A DNA stretch of 64,000 nucleotides from an uncultured Methanosarcinales archaeon (lineage in GTDB: Archaea; Nanobdellota; Nanobdellia; Woesearchaeales; GW2011-AR15): NCBI GenBank assembly GCA_964428335.1, contig CAYRXW010000005.1:79481-143480 (forward strand), given 5' to 3'. Both the position numbers and the translations under genes were made by a program. Position 1 is the stretch's first letter. Each line of letters starts with the position of its first letter. Shown one piece after another: positions 39,573 through 49,113 of the stretch. The notes beneath the pieces are model-generated. The model ran no database searches, was not told where the DNA came from, and worked only from the letters and a program-made list of their open reading frames with translations.

Positions 39573-41138
39573 ATGAACAAAGCTGTGTTTCTTGACAGAG
39601 ACGGTGTCATCAATGTTGATAAAAATTATGTCCATAAAATAACTGATTTTGAATTCATTGAAAATTCTGTTAAAGCTCTAAAGTCTTTTAAGGACATGGG
39701 CTATAAATTAATCATAATAACAAACCAGTCAGGAATAGGGAGAGGGCTTTATTCAATAAAAGACTATAAGATCCTAAAAAGACAGATAGATTTAAGCTTA
39801 CAGGTTGCAGGAATAAAGATTGATGCTGAATATTTCTGCCCACATTCTCCAGATGATAATTGCAGATGCAGAAAGCCAAGCAGTTTTCTGATAGAGAAGG
39901 CTGCAAAAAGGTTTAATATCAACCTTAAAGAATCATATTTTGTAGGGGACAAGACTTCTGATATAAAGGCAGGAAAAACTGCAGGGCTAAAAACAGTGCT
40001 TGTTAGGACAGGAAAAGGAGGCAAGGATAAAAAATACTATGTCTTGCCAGATATAACCACAGATAATCTTTATGATTTTTCAGAAAAATTAAGACATGAA
40101 TGGAATCCTAAAATCATTTATATTGGAAATTTCAGCTGGGAGAACCATCTTAGGGGAAGAAACCTTTTCAAAGGGCTGAAAGAGAATGATATAGAGGTAA
40201 AATTAATAAATGGAAAAAGATATTTCTCGATGCTTCTTGCACTCTTAAGAAAAGATTTTGATGTTGTTTTGACAACAGGAAAACCTCCGACACTGCTTGC
40301 AATACTTACCAGGTTTTGGCATAGGAAGAAGATATTTTTTGATGTCTACATAAGCGATTATGAGAATCTTGTCATGAACAGGAAGCTCGTAAAAGACGGC
40401 ACATGGAAAGCAAAGATGCTTTATTTCATAGATAAATATACCTGTGAAAAAACAGACTGTGTATTTTTGGATACTGATAAGCATGCTCAATGGTATTATA
40501 CTTTCTTTGGGCTTGACAAGAACAAATTTTCAAGCGTCCTTATAGGAAGTGATGATGAGAGGTTCCATGGGATAAAAGTAAAAAAGGGAAAGAAGTTCAA
40601 TGTGCTGTTCTTTGGAAGCTTTGTTCGCGGACATGGGATTGATGTCATCCTCAGGTCTGCAAAGCTTCTGGAAAAAGAAAATATTGAATTTGTCTTTGCT
40701 GGCAAGGGGATTGTTTTTGATGAGATGGTTCAACTTTCTAAGAAGCTTGAATGCAAAAATGTGGAGTTTTTAGGTTGGATAGAGCAAAAAGAATTACCGA
40801 AATTAATTGCAAAATGCGATGTGTGTCTTGGCGTGTTCGACCCTAATGAGATAAAGATAAGGAGAAGCATTCCTACCAAGCTTTTTGAATGCGCCCCTAT
40901 GAAAAAAATACTTATTACTGGAGATACGCCTGGGATGGAAGGCATCATGGAACATAAGGTAAACGGGATGCTCCCTAAACTAGGAGATGAGAAAGATCTT
41001 GCGAGTTGCATACTTGAAATCTATAAAGACAAAAAACTCAAAGCTGCAATGGAGAAGAACACTTATAAGTTATATGAAGAGAAGTTCAAGACAAAGATGA
41101 TCGGAAAGCAGTTATTGGATCTGATAAGAAAAGAATAA
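39573..41138 (+). CDS. fusion: D,D-heptose 1,7-bisphosphate phosphatase (GmhB, HAD) + GT4-like glycosyltransferase domain
   Basis: N-terminal AVFLDRDGVINVD...ITNQSGIGRG...CRCRKP...GDKTSD closely tracks GmhB. The C-terminal ~370 aa are GT-B-like. ATG at 39573 is taken as the start (the ORF track begins at 39447). Confidence 0.75.
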   Translation: MNKAVFLDRDGVINVDKNYVHKITDFEFIENSVKALKSFKDMGYKLIIITNQSGIGRGLYSIKDYKILKRQIDLSLQVAGIKIDAEYFCPHSPDDNCRCRKPSSFLIEKAAKRFNINLKESYFVGDKTSDIKAGKTAGLKTVLVRTGKGGKDKKYYVLPDITTDNLYDFSEKLRHEWNPKIIYIGNFSWENHLRGRNLFKGLKENDIEVKLINGKRYFSMLLALLRKDFDVVLTTGKPPTLLAILTRFWHRKKIFFDVYISDYENLVMNRKLVKDGTWKAKMLYFIDKYTCEKTDCVFLDTDKHAQWYYTFFGLDKNKFSSVLIGSDDERFHGIKVKKGKKFNVLFFGSFVRGHGIDVILRSAKLLEKENIEFVFAGKGIVFDEMVQLSKKLECKNVEFLGWIEQKELPKLIAKCDVCLGVFDPNEIKIRRSIPTKLFECAPMKKILITGDTPGMEGIMEHKVNGMLPKLGDEKDLASCILEIYKDKKLKAAMEKNTYKLYEEKFKTKMIGKQLLDLIRKE

Positions 41139-41143
41139 AAAAT

Positions 41144-41815
41144 TTATTCCTTGTATTTGAATTCAACCTTCTTGAAGTATAATTTTCCTTTCTCATCTTC
41201 CAGGAATGCGTTAGGATAAGGGTCTTCAAGGCCGCGCATAAAGTTATACAGTTTTTCTGTGTCCCATTTTCCAAACATTTCTTTTGACATCTTTGAATCT
41301 TTAGGCTGCCTTCTTGGAACCTGTTCTTTTTGCTCAGGCCATTTTTTCCATTCCAGGTCTGGATATTCAAACAGGAACTTGTTATATAGGTGGATGCATG
41401 TTGCCTTCAGCTGCAGGAATATCTCATCTATGTTTCCTGATATGTCAAGATCAACTTCTGTTGAATATTCCCTCAGGCTCAGTTCAGGGTATCCTACCCT
41501 TACCATCCTGTGCTTTGTGAATTTCAATCCATCAATTATCTGGTTCTGCAAAGGACTACCGGGAGAATACCTGTCAAGCTCTGCGCAGTGGGCTGTGAAT
41601 GTAGGTATTTTTTCTACAACTTCCTTTACTGGCTCAAATGACCAGCCGCAGAATAAGATCATGTCATACTTGTCTTTTTTCAGCTCTTCCTGCATCTCTT
41701 CTGTTGACTTGCATAATACTGCTTTTTTCACTTTCGGATGCTTTGCAACATATGGATATACTTCTATTGCCCAGTCCCTGTATGCCAAGAATAATAGTTT
41801 AAACATTGCTTTCAC
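41144..41815 (-). CDS. formyltransferase-family protein (sugar N-formyltransferase candidate)
   Basis: RYSPGSPLQNQIIDG resembles the formyl_trans_N motif (SLLPxYRGxxPxxWAI). A paralog of the next gene. Confidence 0.55.
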   Translation of the reverse strand: MKAMFKLLFLAYRDWAIEVYPYVAKHPKVKKAVLCKSTEEMQEELKKDKYDMILFCGWSFEPVKEVVEKIPTFTAHCAELDRYSPGSPLQNQIIDGLKFTKHRMVRVGYPELSLREYSTEVDLDISGNIDEIFLQLKATCIHLYNKFLFEYPDLEWKKWPEQKEQVPRRQPKDSKMSKEMFGKWDTEKLYNFMRGLEDPYPNAFLEDEKGKLYFKKVEFKYKE

Positions 41816-42443
41816 CTTTTACGAATTTTACTTCCTTAAAATATAACTTATTGCCTTTCTCGTCTTCAATATATGCATTAGGATAAGGGTCGCCAAGAGC
41901 GCGTATGATATTATATGATTTTTGCAGATCTTTCCTGAATATTTCCGGATCAAGCTTACTTTCGTTTTCTTTTCTTCGTTTTAATGTCTTTCCAACACCT
42001 TGAGGCTCTATTTTTATGCTAGGATAAACTTTTGCTAAATAAGTTCCAAGTTCTATTGTGCATCTTGTAAGCTCTTTGAATATTTCCTGCATGTTGCCTT
42101 CAAGCGAAATAGGTGTTTTTTTTACAATACCACCTTTATCAATGCCTGGAGCGATTTCAAATAATGAGCATTTTGTGCTTGTTATCCCGTCTATTATCTG
42201 GTTCTGCAAGGGTGAACCGCCACGGTAATCAGGAAGGTCTGAAGGGTGTATGCCAAAGAATTTTACTTTTTTTAACAGTTCATCTGGGATTAACCAACTC
42301 CAGCCTGCTAGAAGTATGAACTCATATTTTTTCAAATCTATTTTTAATAGCTCTTCCTGGGATTTGCAGATTTCAAACCCATGCTGCTTTAAGTCATTAT
42401 ATGCATTCAATGCCCAGTCCCTATAGCCGCAAAATAGCCTCAT
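41799..42443 (-). CDS. formyltransferase-family protein (paralog)
   Basis: IHPSDLPDYRGGSPLQNQIIDG. Confidence 0.6.
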   Translation of the reverse strand: MRLFCGYRDWALNAYNDLKQHGFEICKSQEELLKIDLKKYEFILLAGWSWLIPDELLKKVKFFGIHPSDLPDYRGGSPLQNQIIDGITSTKCSLFEIAPGIDKGGIVKKTPISLEGNMQEIFKELTRCTIELGTYLAKVYPSIKIEPQGVGKTLKRRKENESKLDPEIFRKDLQKSYNIIRALGDPYPNAYIEDEKGNKLYFKEVKFVKGESNV

Positions 42444-43621
42444 TTTTCATAGAATTCTTTTATTGTTTTTACGATATATTCTGCGTCTTCTTTTTTTACC
42501 CACCAGCAGCTTGGAATAGAGACATATTTTGATGTGAAATAATCAAGCCCTGGCCTAGGGATATCATCCTTGAACTCCTTAAAACAGCTGTAGACATCGT
42601 TCCTTGTGTGGACTATTGAATTATCAATGCCTTTCTTTTTTAGGTATTCAACAAATTCTTCCCTTCTGTCTGCAAGCAGTGTGTAAAGCCAATATGATGA
42701 CCTGGCACCCTGTTCCTGCCTTAGGACTTTTATCCCTTTTATTTTTGATAATTCTTTATTGTAGAACTCTCCGTTTCTCCTGCATATCTTGATGATTTTT
42801 TCTGTGCTCTTCAGATGCTCAAGCCCTATTGTTGCATCTATGTCATTCATATTGAATTTGTATCCCCATTCCTTGATGTCATAATACCATCTTAATTCCT
42901 CTTTTATCGCTGTTCTATCAAGGCCAAACCATCTTAATGCTCTTCCTCTCTTATGGTCTTCCTCGCTTTTACAGACAAGAGCTCCGCCGTCACCTGTAGT
43001 CAAGTGTTTTATTGCCTGGAATGAATACATCACAAAATCAGAATGGTTTCCTACTTTCTTCCCTTTATATTCTGAGCCAAATGCATGAGCTGCGTCTTCT
43101 ATGACTTTCAAATTATGATTTTTTGCAATCTCATTAATCCTATCTATGTTTCCAGGGTTTCCTGCCCAGTGCACGTATAAAATAGCTTTTGTCTTTTTTG
43201 TTATCAACCTTTCAATTGAATCTGGGTCTATGTTTCCTGTGTCTGCCAAAACATCTGACCACCTTATCCTTCCGCCCCTTGACATCACTGGCATGTTTGT
43301 TGCTACACAAGTCAATGGTGAAGATATCACTTCATCGCCTTCATTCACGCCAGCAAGCCTTAATGCAAGCTCTAATGCGTGAGTTCCTGCATCGATAGTA
43401 AGTATGTTTTTCACTCCTAAGAATTCTTTTAGCTTTTCTTCGAATGCTGCTACTTTAGGGCCCTGTGCAATGTATCCGGACATCAAGGTATCTCTTAATG
43501 GCTTCATGACTGATTTTGGCATGAATACCTTGAACAATGGGATTTTTCTTGCGCCTATTTCTACGTTTACTGAGTTTACAGGCTGGTTCACGAATTCAGA
43601 GGTCATCTTTTCCTGTGTCAT
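42440..43621 (-). CDS. DegT/DnrJ/EryC1/StrS family sugar aminotransferase (PLP-dependent)
   Basis: Fold type I aminotransferase layout; lysine-region and glycan-cluster context. 393 aa. Confidence 0.75.
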   Translation of the reverse strand: MTQEKMTSEFVNQPVNSVNVEIGARKIPLFKVFMPKSVMKPLRDTLMSGYIAQGPKVAAFEEKLKEFLGVKNILTIDAGTHALELALRLAGVNEGDEVISSPLTCVATNMPVMSRGGRIRWSDVLADTGNIDPDSIERLITKKTKAILYVHWAGNPGNIDRINEIAKNHNLKVIEDAAHAFGSEYKGKKVGNHSDFVMYSFQAIKHLTTGDGGALVCKSEEDHKRGRALRWFGLDRTAIKEELRWYYDIKEWGYKFNMNDIDATIGLEHLKSTEKIIKICRRNGEFYNKELSKIKGIKVLRQEQGARSSYWLYTLLADRREEFVEYLKKKGIDNSIVHTRNDVYSCFKEFKDDIPRPGLDYFTSKYVSIPSCWWVKKEDAEYIVKTIKEFYEK

Positions 43622-44658
43622 GAATAAAGCCTCGCATAGTATTCCTCTCCTGCTGCAATATCTGCTTTCTTCAGGAGTTCTTTTATCTCTTCAATGCCTG
43701 TTATTTCTGATTTTGAAGAATATTCTATCACTTTTGATATTTTTGGCTGCTCTGCCCTTAAATAATCCTTTGACTGGCTTAAATTTCTTGTCTTGTCTTT
43801 TTCTATGATGAAATATTCACCTTTATCTATGCATCTTCTTCCTTCTTCTTCTGAAATAAGGATTTCATGTATTTTTTCTCCGGGGTAAATTCCTATTACC
43901 TCATATGTGAAGTTTTTATCATTTCCGTGCTTTTCAATATATAGAAGCCTTGCCAAATCAACTATTTTTATTGAGGGGGCTTTTTTTACAAAGATTTCCC
44001 CTCCTTCCATATGTTCTGTTGCAAAAAATACCAAATCTATTGCATCATCTAAAGTAAGCAAGAATCTTGTCATATCCTCATGTGTAACTGTTAATTTCTT
44101 GTTGTTTTTAATCAGGTTCCTGAAGAAAGGTATCACTGAACCTCGGGAATTCATTACATTCCCATATCTTACGCATGCAAACAGAGTATTCTGGTTTTTT
44201 GGGGAATAGTTTGCTGAAATCATTAATTTTTCCTGCAAGGCTTTTGTCATTCCCATGACATTTACTGGCTGAACTGCCTTATCTGTTCCTACAGCAACAA
44301 CTTTTTTCACATTGTTTTTTATTGCTGCATCAATAAGATTTTTTGCTCCTAAAATATTTGTTTTTATTGCTTCTTCAGGGCATTCCTCGCAGCTAGGGAC
44401 TTGTTTTAATGCTGCTGCATGATAGACTATATCAACGCCATGCATTGCCTCATCAAGCCTATGCTTGTCCCTAACATCTCCTACAAAAAACCTGAGGTTA
44501 GAAAAATCAGAATATGCAAGCTTCATGTCATACTGCTTTTTTTCATCCCTTGAATATATTCTTATTTCCTTTGGATTGTGCTCCTTTAGCCTTTTTAGAA
44601 TCCTATTTCCAAATGATCCTGTTCCGCCTGTTATAAGGATAGTCTTTCCATTAAGCAT
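43618..44658 (-). CDS. UDP-GlcNAc 4,6-dehydratase (PseB/FlaA1/CapD-like, Polysacc_synt_2)
   Basis: ILITGGTGSFGN Rossmann motif. 346 aa. Confidence 0.7.
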   Translation of the reverse strand: MLNGKTILITGGTGSFGNRILKRLKEHNPKEIRIYSRDEKKQYDMKLAYSDFSNLRFFVGDVRDKHRLDEAMHGVDIVYHAAALKQVPSCEECPEEAIKTNILGAKNLIDAAIKNNVKKVVAVGTDKAVQPVNVMGMTKALQEKLMISANYSPKNQNTLFACVRYGNVMNSRGSVIPFFRNLIKNNKKLTVTHEDMTRFLLTLDDAIDLVFFATEHMEGGEIFVKKAPSIKIVDLARLLYIEKHGNDKNFTYEVIGIYPGEKIHEILISEEEGRRCIDKGEYFIIEKDKTRNLSQSKDYLRAEQPKISKVIEYSSKSEITGIEEIKELLKKADIAAGEEYYARLYS

Positions 44659-44722
44659 AATAAATGGGTTTGAATAGAAAAGCGTATATAAAGATTATGA
44701 TAGTGAAATCAAGAGTACAGAG

Positions 44723-45169
44723 TTATTCATCTGCTATTATGACTTCATCCATAGGAACATCCCATGGTTTTGGGGATAAATTAGTTATCTGGGATTTGAA
44801 GCATAGGCCTATTTTTTTTTCTTTTACATTTTTTAAGAACCTGTCAAAATAACCAAAGCCATGGCCTTTCCTATTTCCTGATAAATCAAAATTTACTCCT
44901 GGGATTATGAAAATTTCAATTTTTTCCTTTGGAAATTTTTCATTTTTTATTGGCTCAAGTATTTCGAATTTTCCTTTTTTTAAGTCACTAAAAGAGCTAA
45001 GTTTTATAGGGATTATTTCGTTTTTAGCTATTTTTGGAACAATAACTGTTTTTTCTTTTAGAAGTGTTTTTATGATTTCATGCGTATTTGGCTCATTTGG
45101 TTTTGAGACATAGATGAATATAACACTATGATTTTTACATTCATTTAGTATTTTTTTTATGTAATCCAT
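44723..45169 (-). CDS. 5-formyltetrahydrofolate cyclo-ligase (MTHFS)
   Basis: IPGVNFDLSGNRKGHGFGYFDRFL matches the family motif PGVAFDxxGxRLGxGxGYYDRxL. Confidence 0.75.
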   Translation of the reverse strand: MDYIKKILNECKNHSVIFIYVSKPNEPNTHEIIKTLLKEKTVIVPKIAKNEIIPIKLSSFSDLKKGKFEILEPIKNEKFPKEKIEIFIIPGVNFDLSGNRKGHGFGYFDRFLKNVKEKKIGLCFKSQITNLSPKPWDVPMDEVIIADE

Positions 45170-45225
45170 TTAGTTTAGTTATATTTCAGAATGTTTATAT
45201 ATGTTTTTCATCTGCTTTTATAATT

Positions 45226-46035
45226 ATGATACTTGATGGTAAAAAAGTAAGTGAAGAAATAGGCAAAAGAATCAGAATAAAAGGAAATATCAAACTTTCT
45301 GTAATACTTGTTGGAAATAACGAATCATCAAGGATTTATGTAAATATGAAAAAGAAAAAATGTGAAGAATTTGGGATTTCCTGTGAGATACATGAATTTT
45401 CAGATAGTTCTGCTGAAAAAGATATAATAAGTAAAATTGAGAGCCTTAATAAGGATAAAACAGTAAATGGCATTTTAGTTCAGCTACCTTTGCCTATGCA
45501 TTTTGATACTAGAAAAATACTGGATAGAGTAAATGAGAATAAGGACGTTGATGGTCTTAGCTCAATAAATATGACAAAGATAATTTTAGGGGAAAAAGGA
45601 ATTGAACCTTGCACACCTAAAGGGATTTTTTCACTTCTTGAATATTATGACATTGATTTAAATGGAAAGGATGTCTGTGTCATTGGGTTTAGTAATACTG
45701 TAGGAAAGCCACTTGCAACCATGTGCATAAATAAGGGAGCTACTGTAACTGTTTGCCATATCAAAACAAAAGATTTGAAAAATCACACTTTAAAAGCAGA
45801 TATAATCATGACTGCTACAGGTGTTCCGAAATTAATTAAGGAAGATATGGTTAAACATGGAGCAGTTTTAGTTGATATTGGAATTTCAAAAGTTAATGGG
45901 AAAGTTATTGGCGATGCTGATTTTGATAATTTAAAAAATAAATGCTCTTTTATTACGCCTGTCCCTGGGGGAGTTGGGCCAATGACGATTATTTCTTTGA
46001 TTGAGAACTTGGCTAATCTAGAAAAAGCTGGTTAG
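45226..46035 (+). CDS. folD: bifunctional methylene-THF dehydrogenase/methenyl-THF cyclohydrolase FolD
   Basis: N-terminal MILDGKKVSEEI, 269 aa, FolD-like domain order. Confidence 0.8.
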   Translation: MILDGKKVSEEIGKRIRIKGNIKLSVILVGNNESSRIYVNMKKKKCEEFGISCEIHEFSDSSAEKDIISKIESLNKDKTVNGILVQLPLPMHFDTRKILDRVNENKDVDGLSSINMTKIILGEKGIEPCTPKGIFSLLEYYDIDLNGKDVCVIGFSNTVGKPLATMCINKGATVTVCHIKTKDLKNHTLKADIIMTATGVPKLIKEDMVKHGAVLVDIGISKVNGKVIGDADFDNLKNKCSFITPVPGGVGPMTIISLIENLANLEKAG

Positions 46036-46149
46036 TTCTTTCATCCTGTGATATACAGTATGTTCTTTTATTACTCTTTTATAGCCTGCAAGTGAAATTT
46101 TATTCCTTTCAGCTTCGTTTTCCAAATAATATTTGCTTTTTTCAATTAA

Positions 46150-46986
46150 TTATTCATTATCCTTGTATGTTGCTATCTCGTTTTTCCGGAATAGGTTAGG
46201 TATTTCCTTATAATAATCTGTAAGCATGAAAGATTTTGTTGAGGGGATATCAAATGTCCTTATGTTTACAGATTCCCTTGAATGGGTGAAATGGACATTT
46301 AAGTTTATTTTAGTTTCATTAAATATTTTACATATCTTTTTTGTATGGTTTATGTTCTTTGTTCCATTTAATGTCTCTTTTTTTACATTTTCATTTAAGA
46401 TTTCTGATTTCTCCCAGCCATATCCCCAAATTTTTAGGTTTTCTGCTTTTAAATTTGCCAAGACATCTTCCCTGTTTTTGTGATATGTTCCAATGAATGA
46501 TAAATCCTGTTGATATACCCTTTTAGTTTGAATTATTTGCTCTCTATATAGCTCTGTGTTTGTTGCACATGGAAGGTAATGCGCATTTTTATACCCGATT
46601 TCCTTTATTTTTTTTACATAGAATGGATCAAAAACAAAGAAATCATCGTACTCTTCAATGTTTTCAAGTTTTGTATTACCATAGATGCCTAGAGGGTCAT
46701 CCATGATGTAATTTGCTGTTTTTATGCCCGCATCAGAGATTTTTTCTATAATCCCTTTTTCCAGTTTTTCCCCTTTTAGGACCAAAACAAGGTCTGGATT
46801 CTCTTTTATGGCCTTATTTAGCATCAATTTGTTCATTATTTTGTTTGAAATGCTTAGTTTATGTAGATAGGAAAAACGGTAATTAAAGACGGAGACATCG
46901 TGTTTTAGCTTTTCCAAAGCTGATTTTACACCGTATTCGAAGGAAGGGGTTTTGGCTGATGATGGAGAGAGGAGGAGGATGTTCAT
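46150..46986 (-). CDS. CgeB-like (DUF3880/Glyco_trans_1_2) putative glycosyltransferase
   Basis: General resemblance only. Confidence 0.35.
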   Translation of the reverse strand: MNILLLSPSSAKTPSFEYGVKSALEKLKHDVSVFNYRFSYLHKLSISNKIMNKLMLNKAIKENPDLVLVLKGEKLEKGIIEKISDAGIKTANYIMDDPLGIYGNTKLENIEEYDDFFVFDPFYVKKIKEIGYKNAHYLPCATNTELYREQIIQTKRVYQQDLSFIGTYHKNREDVLANLKAENLKIWGYGWEKSEILNENVKKETLNGTKNINHTKKICKIFNETKINLNVHFTHSRESVNIRTFDIPSTKSFMLTDYYKEIPNLFRKNEIATYKDNE

Positions 46987-47083
46987 GATATATTTAAAAA
47001 AATCAGTTAGTTTATTGATTTTTCTACTTTTTTCTATTTTACTTAATAAAGTTTAAAATATAATCTTGTTTTTTATTGATATT

Positions 47084-47992
47084 ATGAAGGTTTTAGTTAC
47101 TGGTGGAGCCGGTTTTATTGGAAGCAATATTGCAGTTGAACTTGAAAAAGAAGGTTTTGATGTTGTAATTTTAGATAACCTTTACTCTGGAAACTTAGAA
47201 AATTTAAAGGGATTTAAAGGAAAATTTATCGAACTTGATGTCTGTGATAAAAAAATGCTAAGCTTAAATACTAAATTTGACATATTGTTTCATGAAGCTT
47301 CAATTACTGACCCTAGGCATAATGATGATAAGGAAACTTATTCAAAAAATGTAGAAGGATTTAAAAATATATTAAAGCTTGCAAAAAAAGACAATGCAAA
47401 GCTTATCTATGCTTCTACTGCTAACCTCTATGGAAACGGTAAATTACCAATGGAGGAAGACCAGGAAAAAGAAATTATTTCAGTATATGGAAAATCAAAA
47501 CTTGAGATGGATAAAATTGCAGAAAACTTGTTTGATAAAATGCATATTATTGGTCTTAGGTATTTCAATGTATTTGGACCTAGAGAGAAATTTAAAGGCA
47601 GGCCAGCATCCATGATATATCATCTATGGAAACAGATTAAGGAAGGGAAAAACCCAAGACTTTTCAAATATGGTGAACAAGTTAGAGATCACATTTATGT
47701 AAAAGATGTAGTATCTGCAAATCTTCTTGCAATTAATGGAAAATCTGGAATTTATAATGTAGGAACAGGAATTGGTACAAGCTTTAATGAAGTTGTAACA
47801 ACAATTAATGAATTATTAGGTATGACAAATTCAACTGAATACTTTGATAATCCATATGACCTAAAAACATATCAAGCCAATACACTGGCAGACACAAAAA
47901 GAGCTGAGAAATTTTTGAAATTCAAGGCAAAGTATAAATTTAAAGAGGGTGTTATTGATTATTTAGAGTACCTTAATGAGGAAGAAAATTGA
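47084..47992 (+). CDS. ADP-L-glycero-D-manno-heptose 6-epimerase (HldD/RfaD-like) NAD-dependent epimerase
   Basis: MKVLVTGGAGFIGSNI...ILDNL matches the HldD N-terminus. Start chosen at the internal ATG (the ORF track begins at 47066). Confidence 0.65.
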   Translation: MKVLVTGGAGFIGSNIAVELEKEGFDVVILDNLYSGNLENLKGFKGKFIELDVCDKKMLSLNTKFDILFHEASITDPRHNDDKETYSKNVEGFKNILKLAKKDNAKLIYASTANLYGNGKLPMEEDQEKEIISVYGKSKLEMDKIAENLFDKMHIIGLRYFNVFGPREKFKGRPASMIYHLWKQIKEGKNPRLFKYGEQVRDHIYVKDVVSANLLAINGKSGIYNVGTGIGTSFNEVVTTINELLGMTNSTEYFDNPYDLKTYQANTLADTKRAEKFLKFKAKYKFKEGVIDYLEYLNEEEN

Positions 47993-49047
47993 AAGTTTTA
48001 ATCCTTAACCTTATACCAAATACAATAGGAGACACATTATTCCTCACTCCGCTTATTAATGTCTTAAAATCAAATGGACATGATGTGCATATAACTGTCT
48101 CTCCTTTGAATAAAATGCTCCTTGAGAACAACAAAGATATTTCTAAACTATATGTCATTCATGAACTTGAAGAACTTTCAAAAGAAATAGGAAAACTAAG
48201 AAAAGGTTTTGCATATTTCACTATGATTATTAAAATTGTTAATAGTTGCATTAAAGAAAAATATGATGCATGCCTTGTTGCTCAACCAAATTTTTTTGTA
48301 AGTCAAGCAATTCCTTTTCTTATAGGTGCAAAAAGAAAAATCGGATATCTATACAAAGGAGCAAAGCTATCATTCCTACTAACTGATAAAGTATACTTTG
48401 AAGAGGATGAAATTAAAAAGAGCAGAAGACATTATGTTGATTCTGTTCTTGATCTTGCTAGACCTCTTGGAATTAAACCAAAGAAAAAAGACAGAGTTGT
48501 AACACTCTCAGTTGATCATGAAACTGAAAAAAATATTTTATCTAAGTTCAATTATCTAACGAGGAAATATGTGTGCTTCCAGCCAGGTGCAAAATGGTTA
48601 AGAAAGCAGTGGCCAAAAGAACATTTTAAAAGACTTGGGGAAAAATTGATTGAGAAAAATTTTAAGATTATAATTTTAGGATCTAAAAACGAACATATGC
48701 TTGGTGAACACATTAAAAATAATAATGTAAATATTATAAATCTTTGCGGAAAGATAAATCTTTTAGAGGTTATTTGTATTATGAAGAATTCAAAAATTAA
48801 TATCTGTAATGATTCTGGGCTTGCACACATATCTTCTGCTATCAGCACTAAAACTGCTGTGATTTATGGAATTGCCCACCCTAGACACAGTGAACCACTT
48901 GGATCTGGAAAAGTAATTAAAATAATGAATATAAAAAAAATACCTCTTAGGATTTTGAGAGAAGATGAGACTGAAATAGGTATAAATTTAATGAAAAATA
49001 TTTCTGTTGAGAAAGTTTTCAATAAGATAAAATATGAAATGTTATAA
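47989..49047 (+). CDS. glycosyltransferase family 9 (heptosyltransferase)
   Basis: N-terminal MKVLILNLIPNTIGDTLFLTPLINVLK matches the GT9 hallmark. 352 aa. Confidence 0.7.
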   Translation: MKVLILNLIPNTIGDTLFLTPLINVLKSNGHDVHITVSPLNKMLLENNKDISKLYVIHELEELSKEIGKLRKGFAYFTMIIKIVNSCIKEKYDACLVAQPNFFVSQAIPFLIGAKRKIGYLYKGAKLSFLLTDKVYFEEDEIKKSRRHYVDSVLDLARPLGIKPKKKDRVVTLSVDHETEKNILSKFNYLTRKYVCFQPGAKWLRKQWPKEHFKRLGEKLIEKNFKIIILGSKNEHMLGEHIKNNNVNIINLCGKINLLEVICIMKNSKINICNDSGLAHISSAISTKTAVIYGIAHPRHSEPLGSGKVIKIMNIKKIPLRILREDETEIGINLMKNISVEKVFNKIKYEML

Positions 49048-49113
49048 TACTTAATTTATAAATAAAAAGATCATATAGTCACACAAATCGCTTTAATTAG
49101 TCTGCCTTCAAAA

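Noticed and set aside
41259-41846. 195-aa plus-strand ORF overlapping the two formyltransferase paralogs
   Set aside because: Antisense to two motif-supported genes. No recognisable motifs.
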